Shown here: one piece after another, positions 20,784 through 31,728 of the stretch
Position numbering within the stretch: the stretch's first letter is position 1
Layout of the letters: every line of letters starts with the position of its first letter
Source of the DNA: Promethearchaeia archaeon
Lineage (GTDB): Archaea > Asgardarchaeota > Lokiarchaeia > Sigyniarchaeales > SOKP01
Assembly (NCBI GenBank): GCA_046483985.1
Contig: JAWOCD010000075.1
Location: 45,429-109,428 of the forward strand
Reading direction: 5' to 3'
Length of the DNA stretch: 64,000 nt
Made by a program: the position numbers and the translations under genes
Notes under the pieces: model-generated
The model's input: the letters and a program-made list of their open reading frames with translations, nothing else
Told to the model about the DNA's origin: nothing
Databases searched by the model: none

Positions 20784-22055
20784 ATGAAAAATACAGAAGA
20801 ATCAAATGTGATCTCAAGATTCTCCAAATTTTTAGATGAGAAATTCATTGGTAAGAAAAAAATAGAGACAATCGAGGATTTATTGGAATTACCAATTTAT
20901 TCCTATAGATTTCTCTCTAAAAAAGAAGCTAAGATATTGGAAGATGTGTTAGATATATATGATATCGGAGCAGCCTCAACACTTGAAAAAGACGATCCTT
21001 TTAAAAATCTAATAGAATTGGAGTCAACAACCGACCCGATTAAAGCAACAGAAATGAGAGAAAAGCTAAAAAAGCAAATTACCGTACTTAAAAAAAAATT
21101 CCCCGATTTAGAAGCCCATTTTAAAAAAGCTATAATGATCAGTTCTTTAATTCAAGATATTAAAGATGAGAGATTAGAAATAGACAAAAAGCAACAGAAA
21201 ATAGTTGTTGCTGGGTTAGACAATGCGGGTAAAACCGCAATTTTATCGAAACTGGGAGGTAAACTAGGAATAAACAATTTAGCAAGTCTTAAACCAACTA
21301 AGGGGGTCGATCGGAAGCAAATAAAGGAAAAAGACTTAAATTTGTTTATCTTAGATATGGGAGGTCAATCAGAATATAGAAAACGATATATGAATAAACC
21401 CGAGAATTATTTTATTGCAACGGATTTGTTACTCTATGTTGTAGATGTTCAAGATCCTGATAAATTTGATGAGAGTTTTGAATATTTCCAAAAAATAATT
21501 GACACTTTACTGATTTTAGAGGAATGTCCCTATTTTCTTATCTTTATTCATAAATACGATCCAGATCTTAGGAACGACCCAGAAATCCAGTTGAATGTTG
21601 AGTTATTAAAAGATACTATTAAAGATCTATTTGAGAAGCAAGATCAGGAGTTTGAATATGAAATATACACCACCTCGATATATTCTTTAATCACGAATGA
21701 GCCAAAATTTTCCAGATATATTAAGGAAGTAATGAAAGCCGATTATGCCCTAACCGATCCCACGGTAAAAAAAATTGAGGGATTGGGAAAGATATTAGAG
21801 CAGACGCTAAATGCAGTTATTAAGTTATCAGAATCACTTTCCGTTCAGTTAAATAACATGGATTCTCGACTCGGAACACTTGAAGATCGAGTATATCAAA
21901 TAACTCAAGGAGAATACGGTGTCGAAGAAGTGGAAGAAAATAAAGAAGAGGAAAAAAAGAAAGCCCCTCCAGAAAGAGGTCCCCCCGCCAGTGTACGTCA
22001 ACAAGTATTAAGTGAATTAAAAAATCTGTTTGATAAGAAAAAGAGTTTAATGTGA
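20784..22055 (+). CDS. Arf/Rag-like small GTPase with N-terminal extension and C-terminal coiled coil
   Basis: GLDNAGKT, PTKG, DMGGQ, HKYD, TSI motifs. Confidence 0.88.
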   Translation: MKNTEESNVISRFSKFLDEKFIGKKKIETIEDLLELPIYSYRFLSKKEAKILEDVLDIYDIGAASTLEKDDPFKNLIELESTTDPIKATEMREKLKKQITVLKKKFPDLEAHFKKAIMISSLIQDIKDERLEIDKKQQKIVVAGLDNAGKTAILSKLGGKLGINNLASLKPTKGVDRKQIKEKDLNLFILDMGGQSEYRKRYMNKPENYFIATDLLLYVVDVQDPDKFDESFEYFQKIIDTLLILEECPYFLIFIHKYDPDLRNDPEIQLNVELLKDTIKDLFEKQDQEFEYEIYTTSIYSLITNEPKFSRYIKEVMKADYALTDPTVKKIEGLGKILEQTLNAVIKLSESLSVQLNNMDSRLGTLEDRVYQITQGEYGVEEVEENKEEEKKKAPPERGPPASVRQQVLSELKNLFDKKKSLM

Positions 22056-22057
22056 AT

Positions 22058-22765
22058 TCACTCCATAATATATTCTCTTATCATTTTTGCTGTGGCACTT
22101 AGAAATAAGCACGCAAAGATCACAATACATAAAGAAAGATACCAAATTTCTTCAAAGAGCATACTATTTATCTGCTGGTAATTTATATTTAGGATTGTAT
22201 ATTTTTCCAGAGATAAAACTATATTATACATAAAAGGACCGAAGATATATTGAACAAATAAGAATCCTATAACTGCTAATAAGAATCCTGATACACTATC
22301 GCTGAGATAGTGGACTCCGAGTTGAACCCGTGAGAAAGCAACCAATACCATTATAACTGCAAGAATTATTAATAACATGAGAGAATCCACTAAGGTTCCG
22401 ATTAATAATCCATGAATTACGATATTATATACATGCCAAGATGGAAAGCTTTTTGAAGTAGGTTCTCGTTCATAGATTGGTATATTTAACTCCTTAAAAG
22501 GCCTCTTTCTGTCCGTAATCTCTTTTATGGGAGCAACAATTAATACTCCGCTGAAGAATGAGGCAAAAAAATAGGAAAACAGGAAAGGATCATACCATAT
22601 GAATAAAAAGAAGAGGATAAGAAAAATCCAAAGGGTTTCTCTTCCCAAAAAGGTTACAGCTTTTAGAAAATATGTAAACCTCTTTCCGCCGATCCCATTG
22701 CATTTCTTCATTACATTTTTATCAATTTGTTTTATATTGCTAATAAGTTCTTGAATTGGGGACAT
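22058..22765 (-). CDS. PAP2-family membrane phosphatase
   Basis: K...RKRP, SFPSWH, SRVQLGVHYLSD. Confidence 0.9.
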   Translation of the reverse strand: MSPIQELISNIKQIDKNVMKKCNGIGGKRFTYFLKAVTFLGRETLWIFLILFFLFIWYDPFLFSYFFASFFSGVLIVAPIKEITDRKRPFKELNIPIYEREPTSKSFPSWHVYNIVIHGLLIGTLVDSLMLLIILAVIMVLVAFSRVQLGVHYLSDSVSGFLLAVIGFLFVQYIFGPFMYNIVLSLEKYTILNINYQQINSMLFEEIWYLSLCIVIFACLFLSATAKMIREYIME

Positions 22766-22778
22766 ATTTTTTATAACT

Positions 22779-23573
22779 CTATTTTAACGAATTGAGAAAT
22801 TTATAAGCGTTTTTTACATTCTGGACATTTTGTTTAAAATATTCTAAGCTATGAGAATCCGATCCCACATATACTGGAGCTCCCTTGAGGGTTAATTCTT
22901 TAATCACATATTTTGACGGAAATGGTCGACCAATAGAATATTTATAGCCCGAAAGATTATATTCAATCCTTATTCCATTTTCAATACATAATTGTCCTAA
23001 CTTTAAAACTCTCTCTTCAGAGATGTTACAATCTTTTGGTGGCAGAATATCATCCTCATTTATATATCGAAAGATCGTATCTAAGTGGCATACGTTTTCA
23101 AATATCTGAGATTTAATTAGTTGCTCCATGATGGAAAAATAATCATCGACCACTTTTCCTATACTGAACTTTTTTAATAATTCCATTAATTTGGCTCTTG
23201 TTGTCACGGGAAATCCCATTTTGGTTTCGTGTAAGGTTCCAGCAATGAAGTCAAACTCTTTTCCGAAATCGTCCATAAATGTTCTGAGTTCATTTTCCTT
23301 TTGCGGATAATATTCTACCTCCAAACCATTCTGAATAAACTCATAATTTTCTTTTAATTTATCCATAATTTCTAAATAGTCTACAATTTTATTATCATAG
23401 AATGGATATGTGGAGTCTGTTTCAAGATAATAGAGTTCATAGTGATCTAAGAAGCAGATATTAATCCTATGTCTTTCTGCCTCTTCTATATATTCTTTAA
23501 ATGTAGGCCCGGTATTAACAATATCATGACTCCAGTTTGTATGCACGTGATAATCTGTAAATTTAAACTGCAT
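22779..23573 (-). CDS. PHP-family phosphatase (histidinol-phosphatase HisJ-like)
   Basis: DYHVHT, DH, GLEV, HLD, GSDSH. Confidence 0.88.
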   Translation of the reverse strand: MQFKFTDYHVHTNWSHDIVNTGPTFKEYIEEAERHRINICFLDHYELYYLETDSTYPFYDNKIVDYLEIMDKLKENYEFIQNGLEVEYYPQKENELRTFMDDFGKEFDFIAGTLHETKMGFPVTTRAKLMELLKKFSIGKVVDDYFSIMEQLIKSQIFENVCHLDTIFRYINEDDILPPKDCNISEERVLKLGQLCIENGIRIEYNLSGYKYSIGRPFPSKYVIKELTLKGAPVYVGSDSHSLEYFKQNVQNVKNAYKFLNSLK

Positions 23574-23680
23574 TTTGATATTAAAAAAATAATTTGCTCT
23601 AAATTGTACTTATACTAGTAAAAAAAGGCAATAAAACTTTATTTTAAAATTAACATCTAAGTTTTTCCTAGTTAATTAAA

Positions 23681-25570
23681 TTAAAAATGTACCTCATAAA
23701 AGAGTTCATTTTGTCCTTGTTCCGGTTCAATTTTGACCTTTCCCCCTTTCTTAATAATATGGATGGTTTTCTTGTTTTGAATGTGGATATTCCCATAAAA
23801 TCCTTTTATCCCATGTTCTTTTGCGATAATTATCATATGATGATATAAAAAAGATCCAATCCCTTTTCCTCTCCATTCCTCCTTAACCAAAAAATCAAAT
23901 TCCGCCATATTTGAATTTGGATTTAAATGATATGATGCCTGTCCCACCATGGTTTGTTCTGAGATATCCTCCCCCACAAATGCTCCAATAGAGAAGACAT
24001 TATAATAATCAATATTTACTTCGCATTGAGTCTTTGAATGACTGAACTCTTTTCTTAATTCGAAGAATCGCAAATATCTATCTCGCTCATTTAAACTATA
24101 ATATAAGTCCTTTAATAAATTCTCATCAGTTGGTTTTATAGGTCGGACATAAATTCTTTTCCCTGTATCTGCTTCAAAATAGGTTTCATATTCCTTTGGA
24201 TATACGCAAATATTTCCTTCTTCATCTTTGGGTAAGATTTGGTCTGAATACACATAATTCCGTTTTTTTGCTTCTTCTAATAATCTATCTCTGAATTTAG
24301 GATGCGCGATGCTTATTAACTCTAATACCCGTTCTCTAATGGTTTTTCCATGAAGATAGGCGATTCCATACTCTGTGACTACATAATGAATGTCTGCTCT
24401 CGATAAAAGCACTCCAGCTCCCTCTTCCAAGTGTGAAACAATTTTAGATTCAGTCCCATCCAAATTTGTAGAAGGTAGTACAATTATGGGTTTTCCCCCT
24501 TTAGAGAATGCGGCGCCCTTCATAAAATCGGCAATTTCTCCCACTCCGGTGTGAAAATTATATCCCTTTGAAGAAGCGTTTACTTGTCCCGTCAAGTCGA
24601 TTTCTAAGGCTTGATTTATGGATACCATGTTTTTATTCATGCCAATGTATTTCGGATTACATACATAGTCAGAGGGATAAAATTCAATATAAGGATTATT
24701 ATCCAAAAAATTATAGAGTTTTTGGGTCCCGAGCGCATAACTGGTAATGATTTTCTCGGGATGAAAATTCTTTTTTCGACACGTTAATACAGAATTTTCA
24801 ATTAACGGAATTATGTTATCAGTAATAAAATGGCTGTGCATTCCGAGATCTTTTTTATCCATTAAATATTTTAGGCATGCGTTAGGTAAGTATCCATAGC
24901 CTATATGGATAGTTGCATTATCTTGGACAAGTTTGGCCACGTGTTTACCGATCTGCTCAGCAACGTCTCTTTCTTTAAAATGGTATTCCAATAATGGTGT
25001 ATCATTCACTACAAAAGAATCAATCTCTTTCATATGGATAAAACTATTGCCTAAAGTTCTCGGCATTTGAGGGTTTATCTCCACAATAGTGAGATAAGCC
25101 GATTGGGCGATTGGTTTTGTAATATCAACATTGATCCCACATGAGCAATATCCATACTGGTCTGGCGGTGAAACTTGAATAAATGCAACATCTATATATT
25201 TCCGTCCCGTACGGTAGAGATCAGGGATTTCACTTGCGTAAATTGGAGTGTAATCCGCTTGCCCTTTATTAACCTCCTCTCTCAGAGTCCGTCCAATAAA
25301 AAGCGCATTATGCCTAAAGAGATCTTCCGTTTTATCATCAAAGTACTTTTCAGGGAATATCGTTAAGAAGTGAACAATTTCAGTATCGATAAGTCTTTCT
25401 GAATGTTTTATCAATTGCTCAGTTAACGCTTGAGGCTCAGAGCAACCTGTTCCAACAAAGACCCGATTTCCGGGAATAACCTTCTCAATTGCTTCTTCAG
25501 GAGTAATTTCCTTTTTTTTCCACCTTTTTCTCCAATTTTTATCCAAATAATTATTTATTCGTTCCATCAT
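23681..25570 (-). CDS. Acetyl-CoA hydrolase/CoA-transferase-like domain fused to GNAT acetyltransferase
   Basis: VSPPD.YG, EIDLTGQV, SKGGK, VVTEYGIAYL, IAHPKFR; C-terminal RPIKPTD...WRGKGIGS. Confidence 0.9.
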   Translation of the reverse strand: MMERINNYLDKNWRKRWKKKEITPEEAIEKVIPGNRVFVGTGCSEPQALTEQLIKHSERLIDTEIVHFLTIFPEKYFDDKTEDLFRHNALFIGRTLREEVNKGQADYTPIYASEIPDLYRTGRKYIDVAFIQVSPPDQYGYCSCGINVDITKPIAQSAYLTIVEINPQMPRTLGNSFIHMKEIDSFVVNDTPLLEYHFKERDVAEQIGKHVAKLVQDNATIHIGYGYLPNACLKYLMDKKDLGMHSHFITDNIIPLIENSVLTCRKKNFHPEKIITSYALGTQKLYNFLDNNPYIEFYPSDYVCNPKYIGMNKNMVSINQALEIDLTGQVNASSKGYNFHTGVGEIADFMKGAAFSKGGKPIIVLPSTNLDGTESKIVSHLEEGAGVLLSRADIHYVVTEYGIAYLHGKTIRERVLELISIAHPKFRDRLLEEAKKRNYVYSDQILPKDEEGNICVYPKEYETYFEADTGKRIYVRPIKPTDENLLKDLYYSLNERDRYLRFFELRKEFSHSKTQCEVNIDYYNVFSIGAFVGEDISEQTMVGQASYHLNPNSNMAEFDFLVKEEWRGKGIGSFLYHHMIIIAKEHGIKGFYGNIHIQNKKTIHIIKKGGKVKIEPEQGQNELFYEVHF

Positions 25571-25831
25571 TCAACCTAAGGATCATATCTTTTTTTAGCT
25601 TTAAAATTTTGTTGATTACTTTATGAAAGAACGTCTTGAAGTGTAAAATCTTTATGAAAGTAAGAAAATATCCGAAAGGCATTCCAAAAATAATATAAAA
25701 AATCGAAGGCTTTTCTGAATCCTTCTGAATGTAAAAGCTTTTTATTTTTCTCTTATTTTTCCTTATAATATATTACATCGATTTAAAGTCGAGATTAAAT
25801 CTAAGAAAATTTTTCGAAAATGTGAGAAATT

Positions 25832-27805
25832 ATGTCTGAAAATGAAGAAAAGATGGAAAGTATTCTTTCTGAGGAAAGAAAATTTTTTCCTAAAGAGTTG
25901 AATCCTGAATTCGCAAAATCTGGGATGTCTTATGAAGAATATGAGGAACTATATGAACAAAGTATTGAAGATATGGAAGAATTCTGGGGGGAACGAGCAA
26001 AATCACTTGATTGGTTCGAGGAATATGATGAGGTTTGGGAAGAAACAGACTTATTTCCTGGAAAATGGTTTGTAGGCGGTAAATTAAATGTGTGTTACAA
26101 TTGTATTGACCGACATGTGGAAGCTGGCAAAGGAGACGAAGTCGCCCTTATCTGGGAAGCAGATGAGCCGGGTAATGTGAAGAAGTACACCTTTAATGAA
26201 CTTTTAAAAGAGGTAAGTAAATGTGCAAATGGAATGAAAGAGCTAGGTATAAAAAAGGGAGATAGAGTCACTATTTGGCTTCCTATGATTCCTGAGTTAG
26301 CCATTATCATGCTAGCGTGTGCTCGTCTAGGTGTTATCCATTCTATTGTATTTGGAGGCTTTTCAAAAGAAGCTGTGAAGGATAGAGTGGAAGACTCGAA
26401 TTCCAGACTCCTATTTACATGTGACCAAACTCTTCGAGCTGGAAAAACCTATCCAAAAATGGATGACGTGGCTAAAATTGTCGATGATATTCCCATGATC
26501 GAACATGTAATAAAAGTGAAGCATACTGGAAATGAAGTTGCAAGCACAGAAAAAGATATCTGGTACGAGGATTTTATTGAAGGAGTCGATGATGAATGTG
26601 AATGTGAAGAAATGGATTCAGAGGATACCTTATTTATCCTCTATACAAGTGGAACCACGGGAAAACCGAAAGGAGTAAAACATACCACTGCTGGTTACCT
26701 CTTATATACTTCCTATACTCACAAATATGTCTTTAATTATCAAGAAGGGGATGTATGGTATTGTACAGCGGATATTGGTTGGATTACGGGTCACAGTTAT
26801 ATTATTTATGGACCGCTGGCTAATGGAGCCACAACCTTAATGTTTGAAAGTGTACCAACTTACCCCGATGTGGACAGATTTTGGCAAATTTGTGAAGACC
26901 ATGAGGTGACTCATTTTTACACTGCGCCGACCGCGATTCGTGCATTAATGCGACATGGAGAAGAGCCCGTTGAGAAACACGATCTCAGTTCTCTGAAAGT
27001 TCTCGGAACAGTGGGAGAACCCATTAATCCTGAAGCATGGTTATGGTACCATAGAGTGATTGGAAAGGAGAGATGTCCTATTGTTGACACATATTGGCAA
27101 ACTGAAACGGGAGGTTTTATTGTAACCCCTATTGCAACCGCCACTCCAACTAAGCCAGGTTCTTGCTGTAAACCCGCATTAGGTATTGACCCAAAAATTT
27201 TCGATGTATCTGGAAATGAGATTACTGAACCGAATGAAGGGGGGTATTTCTGTATGGCTCAACCATGGCCTGGGATGCTCCGTGATGTATGGGGTAATAC
27301 TGAACGATTTAAATCTACATATTTAGAAAGATATCCGGGTAATTATTATACGGGTGACGGTGCCAGAATAGACGAAGAAGGTTACTATTGGATCCTTGGA
27401 CGCCTTGATGACGTTATTAAAGTTTCTGGTCACAGAATTGGAACTATGGAAGTTGAATCTGCTTTAGTGAGTCATCCAAAGGTTGCAGAAGCTGCTGTTG
27501 CACCATTTCCTCATAAGATAAAGGGAAATGCTATTTGGGCTTATGTAACTCTGATGGAGGGAGTAGAAAAAACGGAAGATCTCAGAAAAGAAATTTCCCA
27601 ACATGTTAGAACCGAAATCGGTCCTGTCTTTCAACCTGATGTTGTGCAATTTGCAGACGCGTTACCAAAAACCCGAAGCGGAAAAATTATGAGAAGAATT
27701 CTGAAGGCTATTGCTTCTGGTGAAGATGTTGGAAATACGACTACTTTGGCTGACCCGAGCGTTGTTGACGATCTCTTAGAAGCACGCAAAGAAATGGATT
27801 TATAA
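25832..27805 (+). CDS. acs: AMP-forming acetyl-CoA synthetase
   Basis: YTSGTTGKPKG, ADIGWITGHSY, DTYWQTETG, GRLDDV, LPKTRSGKIMRR. Confidence 0.96.
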   Translation: MSENEEKMESILSEERKFFPKELNPEFAKSGMSYEEYEELYEQSIEDMEEFWGERAKSLDWFEEYDEVWEETDLFPGKWFVGGKLNVCYNCIDRHVEAGKGDEVALIWEADEPGNVKKYTFNELLKEVSKCANGMKELGIKKGDRVTIWLPMIPELAIIMLACARLGVIHSIVFGGFSKEAVKDRVEDSNSRLLFTCDQTLRAGKTYPKMDDVAKIVDDIPMIEHVIKVKHTGNEVASTEKDIWYEDFIEGVDDECECEEMDSEDTLFILYTSGTTGKPKGVKHTTAGYLLYTSYTHKYVFNYQEGDVWYCTADIGWITGHSYIIYGPLANGATTLMFESVPTYPDVDRFWQICEDHEVTHFYTAPTAIRALMRHGEEPVEKHDLSSLKVLGTVGEPINPEAWLWYHRVIGKERCPIVDTYWQTETGGFIVTPIATATPTKPGSCCKPALGIDPKIFDVSGNEITEPNEGGYFCMAQPWPGMLRDVWGNTERFKSTYLERYPGNYYTGDGARIDEEGYYWILGRLDDVIKVSGHRIGTMEVESALVSHPKVAEAAVAPFPHKIKGNAIWAYVTLMEGVEKTEDLRKEISQHVRTEIGPVFQPDVVQFADALPKTRSGKIMRRILKAIASGEDVGNTTTLADPSVVDDLLEARKEMDL

Positions 27806-27992
27806 ATTATCTCCTATCTTGTAAATTATTACTTTTCAAATCTCTTTTTATTTTTTTCTACCCTTTTTTAGAGTATAGAATAAGTTTTCTCTGATTGCAG
27901 ATTAAAGTATTTTGTTGGACGGCGAATCGATATTTTTTAATTCTATAGCAAGCCAGATCACAAGAATAATTGTTTAATGGACCCGTAGTTAT

Positions 27993-28021
27993 CCCCTTCC
28001 TTTAGGGAGGCGAGGTTTCAA
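27993..28021 (+). mobile_element. IS200/IS605-type right-end remnant
   Basis: Hairpin CCTTCC-TTTA-GGGAGG followed by ...TTCAA; resembles the other copies in the window. Confidence 0.55.
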
Positions 28022-28401
28022 TTTTCTAGAGACTCATTAATCTTCTTCACGAGATTATTAAAGTCAGCCATTAGATTACTGACGTTCATGGATTTGATCA
28101 AAACCATTATAAGAATCATTTCTTCATTACATTCTTTAATGACGAGATTATGGTCAGCCAGTTCAGCAAAAATCTGTGTGATTCCTTTCTTATTAGAATT
28201 ATACGCGATTCCCATCCCACCTTCAAAGGCTGTCGCGCACATAGCCGAAAAATTTTCTAAATCGGTCATAACCTTCTTAAAATCCTGACTCAAGGTTTTC
28301 GTAATAGGTTCTCCATTTTTTCTGGCAAGTATTATCCCACATATATTTCCCATAGATCTTATCTGCTCTAATTTCCGTAATAATTCAGAATCTTCTCGCA
28401 C
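28018..28401 (-). CDS. Roadblock/LC7 domain protein
   Basis: GIILARKNG, FSAMCAT, helix-strand pattern; GGAGTGA SD before GTG. Confidence 0.8.
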   Translation of the reverse strand: MREDSELLRKLEQIRSMGNICGIILARKNGEPITKTLSQDFKKVMTDLENFSAMCATAFEGGMGIAYNSNKKGITQIFAELADHNLVIKECNEEMILIMVLIKSMNVSNLMADFNNLVKKINESLEN

Positions 28402-28519
28402 GAACTATTTCATCACTCCTATGAATTGTTTCCTATGGGTGGTAATTTATGAAGGTATATAAATCATCTTGTCATATTTGAAGATAAACAGAAAAACTTT
28501 TTTAGTATGTGCTTAGAAT

Positions 28520-29890
28520 ATGTCCGAAAGACTGACAACAATTATTGAAAAAACAAATGATGAGTTTATTAAAAATGATCTCCGTCCGTTTTTACAGATT
28601 CCCAGTAATACCCTAAATACTAAGGGTATTCAAAAAGCCAAGCAATTCATACTCGACTATATACGAGAGATCTGTGACGAAGTAACGGAACTGGAGGGTA
28701 AAATAAGTCCACTCTTTTTAGGAAAGATATCTGGGAAAAGTGAAAAAACTCTACTCATTTATATGATGTATGATACGCAACCGGTTTATAAAACCGACAA
28801 ATGGATTTGTGAACCTTTTTCTGGAGATATTACTCAACTGCCTGCCCCATTAGATTCACTCGGAGATTGTATAATTGCAAGAGGCGCATATAACTCAAAG
28901 AGCCCTTTATTGTGTTTTTTAAATACTATAAAACTGCTAAAAAAAGAGAAAGCGTTACCGATTTCCTTGCTTCTCTTATTTGATGGGGAAGAGGAAAAAG
29001 GATCTCCTACGCTTTTGCAAACTTTGGAAACCAAACAAGAATTATTCAAAGGATGTATGGGTGCCTATTATCCTGCTGCAAAGCAAGATCTTAATGGAAA
29101 TGCAGTACTCAAATTGGGCTATAAAGGGATCCTTTCCCTCACTCTTCACATCACAACACCGAATAAAGAACCGCATTCGGCCTTCAGTGGTATGATTCCT
29201 AACCCTGCATCCGAGTTAGTCAATTTATTAACTAAGATCTACTCCAATTCTCAATTTCAAATTGACTCGCTTAAGCAAAGTTATGAACTTTCCAAGGAAG
29301 ATCAAAAAATTCTAGACCAACTTTATGCTATATTAGATCTGGAGAAAATTAAAAAGAAAGCGGGAATTCGAGTGACTCGGTTTAAAGACCTTGAGAAAGA
29401 TTTTGAGCATTATTTGTTCTCTCCCACATTCAATATTTCTACCTTAAGATCGGGGTTTTTAGGTGAGGGAATCAAAAACTTTACCCCCAATGAAGCTTTT
29501 TGTAATATTGACATTCGATTTGCTCATAATATTAAGGCACAACAAATTTTCAAGGAGATTAAAGAGATTGTGTCCCATTATTCAAATGAATCATCAGCGA
29601 ATATCAAATTAATCAAACACATAGGGTATAAAAGTTCACGAGTTCAAAGAAATTCATTGTTAGTGAAGAATCTAATCCACGGTCTTGAAAACTTCGATAT
29701 TGATATTGAAATCTGGCCTATAAGTGCAGCAGCAGCCCCATTAAGTAAAATTCAAAATATTTTAGGGTTTGATTTTATAGTTGGCGGAATGGGCATTGGA
29801 GGATATGCACATCAAATGAATGAATTCATACAATTAAAATCCATCATTAAAATGAGACTATTATATTACTATTTCCTTAACAATTTCTGA
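28520..29890 (+). CDS. M20-family peptidase/deacylase
   Basis: YDTQP, ARGA, DGEEEKGS, GYKG, HS, DIRF, AH..NE. Confidence 0.88.
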   Translation: MSERLTTIIEKTNDEFIKNDLRPFLQIPSNTLNTKGIQKAKQFILDYIREICDEVTELEGKISPLFLGKISGKSEKTLLIYMMYDTQPVYKTDKWICEPFSGDITQLPAPLDSLGDCIIARGAYNSKSPLLCFLNTIKLLKKEKALPISLLLLFDGEEEKGSPTLLQTLETKQELFKGCMGAYYPAAKQDLNGNAVLKLGYKGILSLTLHITTPNKEPHSAFSGMIPNPASELVNLLTKIYSNSQFQIDSLKQSYELSKEDQKILDQLYAILDLEKIKKKAGIRVTRFKDLEKDFEHYLFSPTFNISTLRSGFLGEGIKNFTPNEAFCNIDIRFAHNIKAQQIFKEIKEIVSHYSNESSANIKLIKHIGYKSSRVQRNSLLVKNLIHGLENFDIDIEIWPISAAAAPLSKIQNILGFDFIVGGMGIGGYAHQMNEFIQLKSIIKMRLLYYYFLNNF

Positions 29891-30045
29891 ACATTCATAG
29901 ATTTCATGTGAGTAGGAGGAACTTTCTATTCTTGCTATTAAATTTAAAAATAATGAAACCATAAATATTATATAAATAAAAATTCACATTTTTTAGAAAT
30001 TTTATAATTTGAAAGATGAGAAAAATTGGAGGGCGAAATTAAGAA

Positions 30046-30591
30046 ATGGCAGATGCCCTATATAAGTTAGTGGTTTTCGGAGATGGGGGTGTGGGAAAAA
30101 CCAGTTTAGTGACCCGATATTTGCAAGGAGTTTTTACAGGAAATACAACAATGACTATCGGTGTAGATTTTCATACTAAAACGCTCAATATTAATGGAAC
30201 AGAAGTATCTTTACAAATATGGGATTTTGCAGGAGAGGACAGATTCAGATTTCTCTTGCCCAGTTATTTAAGGGGTGCTAATGGAGGAATATTCATGTAT
30301 GATATCACCCGCTATTCTAGTATTAAAAATTTTGATGCATGGCTTAATGTCTTAAGAACAGAAGCCGAAGAAGAGGTTAAAAATATGCCGATATTACTGG
30401 TTGGGGGAAAGTCAGATCTTGAACAAAGTCGGTCAATTAGCAAAAAAGAGGGCCGAAGATTAATGGAAAGTAAAGGACTGTATAATTTTATAGAATGCTC
30501 GGCAAAAACGGGTGAAAATGTTGAAGAAGTATTCTATACTATCACAAAACGGATGCTTGAAAGATCGGATATTTTACAAGTTGAACCTTAA
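30046..30591 (+). CDS. Rab-like small GTPase
   Basis: GDGGVGKTS, TIGVDF, WDFAGEDRF, GKSDL, CSAKTG; no C-terminal Cys. Confidence 0.93.
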   Translation: MADALYKLVVFGDGGVGKTSLVTRYLQGVFTGNTTMTIGVDFHTKTLNINGTEVSLQIWDFAGEDRFRFLLPSYLRGANGGIFMYDITRYSSIKNFDAWLNVLRTEAEEEVKNMPILLVGGKSDLEQSRSISKKEGRRLMESKGLYNFIECSAKTGENVEEVFYTITKRMLERSDILQVEP

Positions 30592-30746
30592 TATCTTTGG
30601 GACTAAAGGACAATACAGGGATGCAAGATAAGATTAAAACACAACTTAAGTTCTTGCAGTAATCTAAAAAAAACCTGACCTCTTAAAAGATTTCAATATT
30701 GGGAATTTAGAGAATTATATATGGAGAACCTGACCAAAAAATATTC

Positions 30747-31580
30747 TCAATTTAAAAAAATGGCTTCCATTTTTTCTATCGTCAGATCTGGAAGAAGATC
30801 TTTATCCATGTTCTTGGTTTTTCGTAATTCTTCAATTTTTGCAGAATCAACAACTCCCGTTAAGACCGCAACTGTCGTGATGCCAGCTCTATTTCCGGCC
30901 AAAATGTCAGTGTCTAATCTATCTCCAAAGATACAAGCCTCCTCAGGATTGATATTATAATTCTTAAGAATTAATTGAATGCCATCGGGTTGCGGTTTCC
31001 CGAAAATCTTTATGGGTTTTTTCCCCGTACATGTTTCTATTGCATTAACCATTACTCCTGCTCCCGGTAAAAGACGACCCGGTGCGGGGAGAGTGGTATC
31101 GGGATTTGTTGCATAAAATTGTGCGTTTCCATCCAAAATACAACGCTGTGCTTTGGCTAAATTATCATAATTAAAATTCCTATCAAGTCCAGCGATGACA
31201 AAATCAACTTCGTTATAGCGTGTTTCGTCTGTAATGATTTTATGACCCAAAGCTTTAAGTTCTTCTCGGAGTCCTATTTCTCCGATTACAAAGATATTTG
31301 CCTCTTTCTTAATATTCGTAATCTCTGCAGAGGTAATAGACGCTGATGTATAGAAATCTGAAAATTCACATTTAATATTCATTTTCTTGAGCTTTTTTAC
31401 GTACATCTGCCGGGTAATGGTCGAATTATTGGAATTATAGATAACATGAACCCCCGTTTCCTTTAATTCTCCTATTACCTTATCCACGCCCTTTATGATC
31501 TCTAATCCCCGATATACCACTCCGTCTAAATCAAAAATGGCCACTTTTATGTTCCTTAACTCCTCAATTAATTGCGTCAT
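30747..31580 (-). CDS. HAD-IIA hydrolase (NagD-like)
   Basis: FDLDGVVY, SNN, TNPD, GKP, GDRLDTDILAG, VLTGV. Confidence 0.92.
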   Translation of the reverse strand: MTQLIEELRNIKVAIFDLDGVVYRGLEIIKGVDKVIGELKETGVHVIYNSNNSTITRQMYVKKLKKMNIKCEFSDFYTSASITSAEITNIKKEANIFVIGEIGLREELKALGHKIITDETRYNEVDFVIAGLDRNFNYDNLAKAQRCILDGNAQFYATNPDTTLPAPGRLLPGAGVMVNAIETCTGKKPIKIFGKPQPDGIQLILKNYNINPEEACIFGDRLDTDILAGNRAGITTVAVLTGVVDSAKIEELRKTKNMDKDLLPDLTIEKMEAIFLN

Positions 31581-31728
31581 TTTACCTAATAAGGATAATA
31601 GAAAATTATTTTTATTATTTTAGATATTAGGATTCTGGGGAGAATTTATCTATTTCTTCCATTATTATCCATAAATTTGAGAGATTTTTTCTACAAGTTA
31701 CATTAGCGTTAAAGAAAAAAGTAAAAAA

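Noticed and set aside
28399-28413. In-frame ATG-AAA-TAG just upstream of the roadblock GTG (possible amber readthrough)
   Set aside because: SD spacing fits the GTG start, and there is no evidence of pyrrolysine machinery in the window.
29901-29915. ATTTCATGTGAGTAG resembling a loop-deleted IS right end
   Set aside because: Too short to distinguish from chance.
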